A stretch of 53,205 bases of DNA, from positions 1 to 53,205 of the IMG/VR virus record IMGVR_UViG_3300008261_000396; one strand, 5' to 3'. The position numbers and the translations under genes were made by a program. This stretch comes from a virus. Its lineage: Duplodnaviria; Caudoviricetes. Shown here in pieces: positions 38,201 through 49,500 of this stretch (position 1 is the stretch's first letter; every line of letters begins with the position of its first letter). Below the pieces are notes generated by a model. The model was not told the origin of the DNA. It did no database searches and saw nothing but the letters and a program-made list of their open reading frames with translations.

Positions 38201-40566
38201 GAATTTCATTAAAAAATGCTACACCATTTGTTACTGATGTAACTGTTGGTGGAGAAAAAAATAGGGATACTGAGTTAGTACCATTAGTACCAAATACTGC
38301 TAAGTTATTTAATACACTTGAGCTTGAATACTTACCTGATGTGGAAGGTAAGGGTATCACTATGTCTGTACCTACTATTGAAAGTAGTACACCTTTAACC
38401 CCTACTACAGAAGATATAGAAGCTAAAAAAGCTGACATAGAAAGAAGAAGACAAGAAGAATTAGAAGGAGAAAAATATTTTGTAAAAACTAATGCAGAAG
38501 GACTCAAAGCTGCTAAAGAATTTGTTGATAAAATCAATGCTAAATATGATGCAGAACTAGCTGCTTTAGGTAAAACTACTATAGAAACAAGTAAATCACA
38601 AATAACCACTTCAGACACATCTAAATTAACACTTAATGATAATGTAGGTAAACAAGTAGTTTTCAATGGTAGAGTTGGAACACTGATTTTACAAGATGAT
38701 GGGTCATATGGAGTTGAAGTTGATTTAGGTTTTGAGCAATCTATGGGTGAAACTTTAATAACAGCATTAGAAGGTGATTTGGCTTCTGCTAGAGGGGAAT
38801 TTGGAGATCCTGAATTAGCTGAAGAAATTCAAAAACAAATTGATGATTTACAAAAGATTAAAAAAGGTAAAGAAATATATACAGTTACTTCTGAAGGAAA
38901 GCCTGCAACTAATGGTTCTTCTGAAATTACTAGTGTTGGTTTATCTTTGATTACTCCTGTAAAAAATGTTGGTCAAATTTCTGTAATTAACAACCAAGTT
39001 ATTGATGCAGCATTTGAAGATGAGAATGAAACAATAGCAATTGTAAATGGTGTAAGGTATACTGTATCAAGAGGTCCTTCTGGTGATATAAACCAACTGG
39101 TTTATTTTAAAAATGATAAGAGAAGAGAAGACATTGATAACATCATATTTGCTATCAATACTAAAATTGCAAAACTAAGACAAAACATTACTGGTGTATA
39201 TGCAGCAAAAGCTAATCTTCAACAAAGACTTAGTGAATTAGAGAAGCAAAATGCTCCAGCTTCACAAATTAAAAAAGTAAAACAAGATTTAGCTATCTTA
39301 TCTCCTCAATCAATATTGAGTAAAATCAATAAAGGTAAAGAAGAGATTGAAAGACTTACTGCAGAAAGAGACAGTTTATCTACAGATGACAAAGTATTTA
39401 TTTATGAAGGTAATGTTAATGATGTAATATTTGCTTTAAACAGATTACCAAATTCTTTTCAGAAAAATAGCTTGGGTACTAAACCTCAAGACATAGAAAA
39501 AGAACTTAAAAAAATACATAGTTTATCAGATGCTTCACCTAAAGTTCAGGAAGAGATTACCATGATAATGCAAAAGAATCTTCCTAAAGAACTAACTGAA
39601 GTAAGACTACAAGGTATATCAGCATTAGGTAGAGGAGCTAAAAAGTTAGAAGCACTTAGAAAGGGTATCCAAAAAACAATAGATGCATTAAAAGAATATG
39701 AAACTTTTAAAATGTATAGTAATGATCCTTTTGGAGTAGCTGCTACTAATAGACAAATTAATGTATTAAAAGATTTACTTGATCACTTAGTTTTAATTAA
39801 CTTAACAGAAACAAATAGAATTGCTAAAAAACAAGATTATGAACAAGACCTTAACAAAATCTTCGGAGCAGAAACCGGAGATGAATCAAACATTGGTGTA
39901 TCTGAGATTCAAAGCCCTACCGGAACAACAACAGAGGGAGTTTCTGGAATGGAGGAAGCAGGAGAAACAAAAGAAATCCCTTTTAATGAACTCCAAAAAA
40001 TAGTTAATTCTTCTATTGATGAGCTTGCTGAACTAACTCCTGAAGTAAATAAAGCAACAGAAGCCTTTGCAAAAATCAAAGATACTATTGAGTTATTTAA
40101 TAAGAAAAAAGAGTTAATAGCTAAGATGTCCAAGAATAAACTCAATTTAGCTCAAATAGAGTCTGCATATCAAAATAGATTAGCTGAGTTAGAGAATAAT
40201 GTTGATATCAATTCATTAAAAAAAGGTGATCTTTTACAAGATGTTACTAACTTTACAGAACAAGATTCTCCTGTACAAGTAGTGGATATTAAAGAAAATT
40301 CTGTTATATTAAAGTATGGAGATACAAAAAGAGAAGTAACTGAAGAGGAACTTCAAAATAATTTTGTTAAACCTTCAAAAGAAACGCAAATGACTCAGAC
40401 AGAAAAACCATCACAAGAAACTGTAGAAGCTTCAGAACAAACTAAAACTGATGCTAAAACATTCTTTGAAAATAAAGAAACTGAAGCTTCTGATTATAAA
40501 GAAGCAAAGGAATCAAATGAAGATGATTTATTCAAAAACTTAGAAGATAACTCAAAAACTTGTTAA
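38197..40566 (+). CDS. Coiled-coil cargo protein, or C-terminal part of the 33359 protein; ends in Cys
   Basis: 789 aa; ATGA overlap; DIEAKKADIERRRQEEL...INAKYDAELAAL module; its only Cys is the last residue. Confidence 0.7.
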   Translation: MRISLKNATPFVTDVTVGGEKNRDTELVPLVPNTAKLFNTLELEYLPDVEGKGITMSVPTIESSTPLTPTTEDIEAKKADIERRRQEELEGEKYFVKTNAEGLKAAKEFVDKINAKYDAELAALGKTTIETSKSQITTSDTSKLTLNDNVGKQVVFNGRVGTLILQDDGSYGVEVDLGFEQSMGETLITALEGDLASARGEFGDPELAEEIQKQIDDLQKIKKGKEIYTVTSEGKPATNGSSEITSVGLSLITPVKNVGQISVINNQVIDAAFEDENETIAIVNGVRYTVSRGPSGDINQLVYFKNDKRREDIDNIIFAINTKIAKLRQNITGVYAAKANLQQRLSELEKQNAPASQIKKVKQDLAILSPQSILSKINKGKEEIERLTAERDSLSTDDKVFIYEGNVNDVIFALNRLPNSFQKNSLGTKPQDIEKELKKIHSLSDASPKVQEEITMIMQKNLPKELTEVRLQGISALGRGAKKLEALRKGIQKTIDALKEYETFKMYSNDPFGVAATNRQINVLKDLLDHLVLINLTETNRIAKKQDYEQDLNKIFGAETGDESNIGVSEIQSPTGTTTEGVSGMEEAGETKEIPFNELQKIVNSSIDELAELTPEVNKATEAFAKIKDTIELFNKKKELIAKMSKNKLNLAQIESAYQNRLAELENNVDINSLKKGDLLQDVTNFTEQDSPVQVVDIKENSVILKYGDTKREVTEEELQNNFVKPSKETQMTQTEKPSQETVEASEQTKTDAKTFFENKETEASDYKEAKESNEDDLFKNLEDNSKTC

Positions 40567-40568
40567 TA

Positions 40569-43500
40569 ATGATATGTTCACTCAATGAAACTCAGCTTTC
40601 AGATTTAAGAAAAATAACATATAAAAAACTTTCTGGACTTAAACCTTCAGAAAGTTTTGATTTAAAGGTATATATAAAAGATATATACCAAAGAATTGAG
40701 AAAGCTGCTGGTGAAGAAAAAGCTTTACAATATGCTCAAATCATTCCTCTTACTATACATTTTGTGCAGGGTGATGATGAAATAAATAGCATATTAGCTA
40801 AAACTGATTTTAATCCTTCAGATATAATGAAGTTGAGAGCAGAATTTAATGACATTAAGAATGTTAAGAAATATGTTACTACACCAGTAAGAAAAAAATC
40901 TAAGAAAGAATTAAAGAGTGAGTTAGAACATGAAAACTTTCAATTAGATAATTTGGAGATTACAGATCCTGATTATTCTGTATTGGAAAAAATGGATAAA
41001 GCTAAAATTGAATATCCTAATGTTACAACATTTCAATTTGGTGAAGATAAAAATCCAGATGATCCAAATACACAAATTCAAGATGATGTTTTAGCTGAAG
41101 ATAAAAAAGTTTTTGACACAGTGATTAAAAAAATCATGAAGGCTCATAAAGAAAAAACTGTTGATCAAGACAATCCTGTTATTGGTGGTACAGAAGTTTT
41201 TTTAAAAATGATGTCTTCAGAAAGCTTTGAAAATAAGCACAAATTATCTAATCATAAAACTGTAACTGCTAAATCTTACAAAGGTGTTTTTGCTGTTGTT
41301 ACAGATATTGATGGTAATTACTTATACTTTGATGAAAATGGTAATTTAACTACTGAAGATAAAGGTACAGTTGTTTATCAGTTTATAAGAAAACCTTATT
41401 TGTTGGAAGATAAACTAAATAAAAAACAACATGCTTTGTTTATGATTTATCATAACCTTGGTAAAATGTATAAAAATACATTGGTTGCAGCAAGTAAAAT
41501 TGCAAAAAGAGTTGGTTTATCTAGTAAAGAAGTTTTAAAAAATCAAACAGAAAACATGAATGGTGTTTATAATATGCGTAAAGATATTATAGACAACAAC
41601 ACTTCATACATTACTCAAATTAATGGTGGTAGTTTTGGTATATTGAGTGCAAAAAATAAAAGAAAGATTAATGATCAATTACAAAAAACTGTAAAACTTA
41701 CAAGAGAAATTGTTAAAGATGCAAAAATTATATCAAGTACAGATTTAAGTGAAGGTTTTGCTCAATTCTTTGTTCAATATAATACTCCAATTTTTGGTGA
41801 AATAAGTATGCCTGTAAACATACAGAGGGGTAATTTTGATCAAGAACTTGCTAATAAAGTAGCTGATGTTATTACAACTAAAGCTACAAATAAAGGTAGA
41901 ACTTTGTCTGATGATGAAAGAATAGCTTACTTCAAAGTATTTTTAAATAATCAAAAAGTAAGTAAAAAAGGTGTTAAAAATAAAAATAACATTTTTTTAG
42001 ATAAAGTTGCTGGTGGACCACTTACTTTAACAATTAATGGTGAAAAGTTTGAAGGAGATGCTATCTTTACTACTGCTGTAAGAGACAAGATTGCACAGCA
42101 TTTACCAACAGCAATTAAGTTTGGTGACAAGGGTTCAATTGGAGCTAATGTAAATATTTCTAATAGCTATAAAGATAAGGGGACCTACACAGATTATGAA
42201 ATTTCTGGAGATAAGTTTAAACCTGTTGAAAAAGATTATATTGATGAAGTAGTATTGAAGTATGCAAAGCCACAATTTACTAATGAAGGTGGTTCAATGA
42301 TTTCAGGATTCAATCCTTATTTAAGTTATTCTATACCTAGTCAGTTTACAGAAGATGCGGATTCATTTTTTGATATTGCATTAGACTCAAAGACTGCAGC
42401 TCCAGTTAGGAAAAAAACTCAGGCTGAAAAGAATGAAACTGCTGAGAAAGTTGTAAAAGAAAAATCAAAAGCTGTTCAGAAAAAAAGAACTACTAAAGTA
42501 CCAGCAGCTACTGAGAATGTTGAAGTTATTATTGAGCACAATTGGTTTACACCATTTAAGAATGATTTGTCAGAAGAAGATGCTAACGGTTTTAATTTAG
42601 ATAGAAGTAAAGCTTTAGATAATTTTTTAGATAAGGTTTTCACTACTGAAGCTGACAAAGCAGCAGCAGAAACTTGGTGGGCTAACTCTCCTTTGAGTAA
42701 GTATATTAGCTTAAACAGAATAACTCAGATTGTAAACTCAAATGCATTTGCAACATTTACAGGAACTGGTATCACACTTTATGAAGGTGATGGTGGTACT
42801 GCTGTAGATTTATACCATGAAGCATGGCACGGATTCTCTCAGTTATTTCTAACAAGAGATGAAAAGATTAAGTTATACAATGAATTAAAGGGCCAACCAA
42901 AGTGGGCCAATAAATCATTCTTTGATATTGAAGAAGATATTGCAGAAGACTTTAGAGATTATGCAAGAAGCAGAGGTAAAAAAGAAGCACCTAAAGGATT
43001 TTTGGGTAAAGTATTTCAGAGAATTTACAACTTCCTACAGAACCTCATAGGCAGAGTAAGCAAACAAGACTTAGCTACAAGACCAAGAGACATTGAATCA
43101 GTAAAAGAATTGTTTGACAAATTGTACAGAGCTTCTGAGAATCCAGAGCTATTACAAGATATGCAACCTTCTACTGACAACATGATGTTTACTCAGTTGA
43201 ACAGAGCTAAAGCTATTACTTCTGTAAAAGATGTTGCTACTAAGTATGAACCATTTGATTCTGCTGAATCTTTGAAAGTTGTGAATTATTTGGACAGCTT
43301 AATTCCTGACATTTTTAATTCTGTAAACCAACAAAGAAATAGTTCTTCTGCACCAGTTAGAGTATTACAAACTAATGCAAATAGAAAACATTTATATAAG
43401 CTTTTAGAAAAGAAAATATCTGAAAGATTTAATCAATTAAGAGAAGACTTTGCAAAAACTGCAGCTGAGGGTGGTGATATTGATACATTGGAATTAAATC

Positions 43501-46500
43501 AACTTCCATTTTTAGGAAGAATGCTAGATAATTTTGGGAATGTTGATGCAACAATTGACGGTAAAGATCAGAAAGGTGTTATTGCTTTTCACATGCAAAA
43601 TTCTAGATTCAAAATTTTAGCAAATAAATTTGTTGAGTTAGAAGAAGATCCAACTGACATAAATAATTCTAGAATTGTTAGACTTGATGGTGGTAATATT
43701 TTCTCTTCAAGAGAAGCAGCTAGTCAAGAGACTAAAACTATTTTATCCAGTATTTACAAAGTAGACAGAAATAAAACAAAAGTTACTGTAAATGATGAGG
43801 GTAAACAAGTTTTATCTATTGAATATGAAGTAGACCCTCAAACAGGTTTATACATGCTCTTAGATGAAAGAGAAATGTGGAGTAAAGTTGCTAAAGTATT
43901 AGCAGGTTCTTTTGTAAACATTACCAAAACAGCTGATGATGTATTAGCAGAAGCAAGAGTACAAAGAACAGATTTTGATAGAACTAAAGTTTTAAAAGAT
44001 TGGGAAATAAATTTTCTTACTGTTGCTGACTCTAAATTTATTGTTGAAAATAAATCAGGGCAAAGAGTATTAGATTTAGACAAGTTTGTAAAACATTTTA
44101 AGAATAACATAAATTCTAAAAATGTTCTTGAGTTCTTAAATGCATTAGGTATTGTGATGGATACATCAAATCCTACAATTGCTAGTGTTGTAGCTGATCC
44201 TAACTTTGTAAATAAGTTTGCAATTGGGCACATCTTTGATTCTTTAGAGCATATAAATAAAATGTATGATCCTGAAAAATTTACTTTTTTAAGAAACCCT
44301 CTTGCATATTTAAAAACAAGTTTGCCTAAGACATTAGATCCTGGTCAAAAATTTGATTCTTCTTCAAGAATAAAAGAACTTGCAAATATACAAGTAAGAT
44401 TTTCAGATAAGTATTCTAACTTTAGTGCAGTTAGTCCTGAAGGAAATAGAGTATGGGAGCATTTCTTGGATAATACTTTTACAAGAATTATGACTTCTTT
44501 AAATCATACAAAATCTTGGCAAGAACTTACAAATCCTGATGCTGATCCAAATGGTTTGTTCAGACATATGCGTTACTTAGCATATGACAACAATACTTAC
44601 ACAAGACATTCTGTATTACTAAAATCATTATTTAATGATTTGTTGGCTGTAAATAATCCTGGTGGTAAAAAAGATAACACATTGGTAATTCAAAATGTGG
44701 CGGGAACACAGTTAATTGACACTAAAACTAATAATCAACAAGGTGTTTCTACAGCATCAATGGATGCTACAAGTAAATACTTGCAAGAGATCCATACTAT
44801 GTTGATGAGTGGTGTAGAAGAGTTCATGAGACATGCTTCTAAACAAATGTCACAAGGTATTGTATTAAAAAATGGTCTTAAAACTTATGATAATAAAAAT
44901 GCTAAAAACTTATATGTTGATATAGAGAAGTTTTTACCAACTACAAACTCTGGTGAAGACTATGCATTTGATATTTTATCTGGATACTTGACTGGTGAAG
45001 TAAATAGAATTTTTAGATTTAGTTCTGATTTAGAAAAATATTCTCAATTTACAGGTTATACAAGAACTGTAAATAGAAAAACAGGAGAAGTTGTAATGGC
45101 TGGACAAGCTCTTACTGCTTTTGAAGATGTATTATCTAAAGATACTCAAGCAAAAATATATGCTATAGTAGATAAAGCTGTTGCTGATAAACAATCTGAT
45201 TTTGATTTCTCAGATATATATGATGACAACGCTAAGCTAACAGAAGAGATAAGAAAAGATGTTGCTAAGTATTTTAACAGTATAACAACTGAGTTGAAAC
45301 AAAGACTTGATAAAACAAAGTTTATTGATCCTGCTTTAAGAGGTAGAGTTGAAAACAAAGGTGTTGAACTTACAGTAGATGAATCTGATACAACACTGAT
45401 GAAAGCATATGCTTACAACTCTTGGATTCACAAGTTTGAAACTGCTATTCTTGGTTATGGAGACTTAGCACAATACAATCATGCTAAAGAAGAATTCCAT
45501 AAAAGAAATGCTGGTTTTGGTTCTGGTGGTTTAGGCTTTGCTTCTGATTTAAAGTCAAGAAGTTTTGTAAATAAAATGCCTAAGTTATTTAATAAAATAG
45601 CACCAAGTAAACCATTTGATGGTACTTTAACTACAGCAATCATAAAAGAAAGAGTTATAGAAAAGTCTGTGTATTATGATGAGTACTATGATGCTCTTGT
45701 AAAAGACTATACAAAAAGATTTGGTGATAAAACTAAGGCAAAAGAATTAGCAAAAACTGCTTTAAAAGAATATAATAATATGAAGATTGGTGATGGTCAA
45801 GGCCACATTAGTTTTGAATCATATAGAATACTTAAAAATCTTGAAGGTAACTGGTTACCAGAACAAGAAGAGTTGTATAAAAAGTTAGCTAATGGTGAAG
45901 AAGTATCTGTAGAAGATGTTGTACATTATTTTCCTCCATATAAATTACAGTATTGTGGAGCTATGGAAACTACAGGCTTACCTGTTACTTCATTCCATAA
46001 ATTCTCACTTGCTCCAATTATACCAGGAGTAGCTAAAAAAGGTACACCACTATATGATTTGCACCAAAAAATGATGCTTAATGATGTAGACTATGTTGTA
46101 TTTGAAACAGGTTCTAAAGTTGGACATTTAGGAACTGGTGATGAAATATATGATGAAAATGGTAATATTCTTATGGATGAACCATTTACAAAAAATGTAA
46201 TCTTCACAGAGTTCTTAAAGAATCAAACAGAAGTTAACTCTGAGTATAAAGGTAAATCTATTTTTTCTACTCAGATGAGAAAGTTAGTTTTAGATAACTT
46301 GTATGAAAATGGTGTAATCAATTCTCCTGATGAGAAAGATGTAGTATCACCATTAGTAAAAAGATATCTTGATAATGTATCAGATTATACTGAGTTAGTT
46401 AAATTAGAATTATTAGAAGAAATTGGTTTTGATGAAACTTCTGACGGTGAATACAAAGCAAGAGACAAAGAAAGTATAGGTAAATTATTATCACTTGTTA

Positions 46501-49500
46501 GAAATAACTTAGATAGAGAAGAATCTTACAGTGATGAAATGCTCAACTTTATTGATGCTCTTGATAGTGGTGAGTTATTACATGATTTATCATTACACCC
46601 AGAAGCATTAAAAATTGAGAAGCTTTTATTATCTCTGATTAACAAAAGAGTTATCAAACAAAAAGTAAAAGGAGAACCACTTGTACAAGTATCTTCTGCT
46701 TTTTATGAAAATAACCTTACAGAGTCTCCTAATTTTAGAAATGCAACTGATGCAGATAAGAAAAAATGGGTAGGTAGTAACTTACTTCCTACTTATCATA
46801 AGAAGGCGAATGGTAAAACTGCAGCAATGAAGGTTATGATTGCATTACAGGGGGACTATGTTAACTTGTTGAATCTTGAATATAAAGGGGCAACTATTGG
46901 AGATATTGATACATTAAACAAAGCAATCAAAGATGATAAATGGTTAGATGCAAATGATAGTGCTAACAGAAAAGCAATAACTCTTGTAGGGGTTAGGATT
47001 CCAGTTCAGGGTCTAAACTCTATGGAGTTTATGGAAGTTTATGAGTTCTTACCTCCACAAGCAGGTAATATAATCATTCCTCCAGCTGAGATAGTTGCTA
47101 AGTCAGGGGGTGACTTTGATATTGATAAACTTACAATCTTTATGACCAACATAGACATAGATGGTAAGCTTAAAGAAAGAACCTATAAAAATACTGCGGA
47201 GCTAAAAGCTTCTCTACAGAACATCAAAGATAATGAGGATGAATCCATAACTAAAGCTTTCAAACAACAAAAAGCAGGAGTAGAGAATGACTTGATGAAT
47301 GATATCAAAGAAATACTTGAGCTTCCACAAAACTTTGTTTCTCTTATTACACCAAATGGTACTTTCTTATTGAAAGATATTGCTGACAAACTAGCTGCAG
47401 ATGTGATGGAATATGATCCATTCAAAAATTACATGACTGATACAACAACAGAACCTGAAAAAGGTAAGAAAATTATCAGTGCAACAAGAGTATTAGAACC
47501 TCTTTATAACTTATATAAACATGAATCTAATATTGTTGGTAAGAAAACATTAGGTTTAGGTGCTATAGAAAATACAATGAATGTATTGTTAAACTCTATT
47601 GGAGCCCTTATGCCAGAAACATATACCAATGCTTATTCAAAAGTAACAAGAACCACTAATATAGGTTTAAGACATAATGTAAGGAAAGTTGATGGTACGG
47701 ATAGAATATCCCTATCTAACTTATATGATGTTAACAATGTGAATAAAATAGCTGATGTATTCTCACAAGCAATGAACGGCTGGGTGGATGTTGAAAAAGA
47801 TGCATGGATTTTCTTTATCCAAGGTAACTATGAGGTAGCACCTATATTATTATATTTAATTAAAGCTGGTGTTCCTGTTAAAGAAGCTATTTACTTTGTA
47901 TCACAACCATTAGTAAGAGAATATGTAGATGAACAGCGTCTTGCTAAATCTACATTTGCTTCTGTATTAGGAAAAGCTCCAGAAGAAAAGACATTTGTGA
48001 AGTATCAATCAGCTTCTAATATCATTAATAAATATTTCAATCCTTCTGTATTACCAGCTAAAGGTGAAGCATATGTTAGATTTGAAACAGGACGTAAGTT
48101 ATTTGATAAATTAATGAAGGATAGAAAAGATAAACATTTTACAGAAAAAGAAATGTTACAGTTAATACAAGATTCTAAAAAGAATAATAATTTTAAATCT
48201 TCTGACTTATCATTAACTATGTTCTTACACTACTTGGATATTGAAGACCAGATTAAGGGTATTACACAGGTTAAAATGAACTCTAATCCAGATACTAATA
48301 CTAAGTCAGTATTATCTGATATTGAGACATCAGAAGCAAGATTAGAAAACTTAGAAAATAATCCTGAGTTACAACCAATAATATCTGCTTTGATGAGCAA
48401 CTCAGTTATTAGCTCATTCTTTAATAACAAACTAGCATTGTCTTTAGCTGCACCATTGTTTAAATTAAGATACAATGATGCAATCCGTAGATTTATTAAA
48501 TCTGAAGATGATTCCAATACTTTAAGCAAAAATATAAAATCTACATTTGGTGAAAGTGGTAGAGATAATTATTTGAATACTTTCAAAAATGATTTAGTAA
48601 GTTACATTTTTCAAAATAGATTGGTTAAAACAGACATTAAAAAAGGTTACATATCTTATGATGCAAAAGAATTACCAAGTAAACAGATGCTTTCTGATAA
48701 ATTTGGAGCTTTTGTAAAAACAAATAAAGATGGTAGCAAAACTTTGTTTTATAATCTTAAAAATTTAGAAAAAGAATATACATCAGGTGTATGGAAAGAA
48801 GATGCAGAGAAACCAAACCATTATTCACAGTTAGGATTACATCCTGTTCCAGCAAATACATTTACAATTGCTAAAGGAAACAACACACAAGCTTATGCTA
48901 GATTTGTAATGGAAAGAGAGTATTTAAGATCTATTTATCCAATTGCAGAAACAGGTTTAGAAAAAACAGCTTATGAAGAGTTTCTAGCAAACAGAGCACT
49001 TGATAATACTTTTAATGTTAATCATTTATTTAGTGATCCAAAAAATGCTTTTGCTGTAAGATTATATGACATAATCTTGACTAACCCTAAGCTTGTAAAT
49101 AAATTTGATGTGTTATCAAAACTAGAGCTTGATAATAATACTCAAAATACTATGTTCAATCTTAACTTGATTGACCGTGATATTGACAACATCAAAGCAA
49201 ATATTTACACTAAAAATTTAACAGACTTAGCAGATCCTGTTTTGTTAAAAGCATTAGCTAATGAATTAAGTTTGAGTGACCAAGATATAGAAAACATTTC
49301 TTACTTATTCTCTAGACTTCCTTTGTTTGCATACTTGCAATCAGGTATCAATAAAACTAAATCTAACTTAGTTCCTTATGTAAGTACAGAATCATTCTTA
49401 AACATTATGGATGATGCTGTCAAAGACTTTACTGAACTTCTTTCTAATCCGGATAAAGCTGAAAGAGTATTAAGAGATTTTTATGACAAGTTTAATGCTC

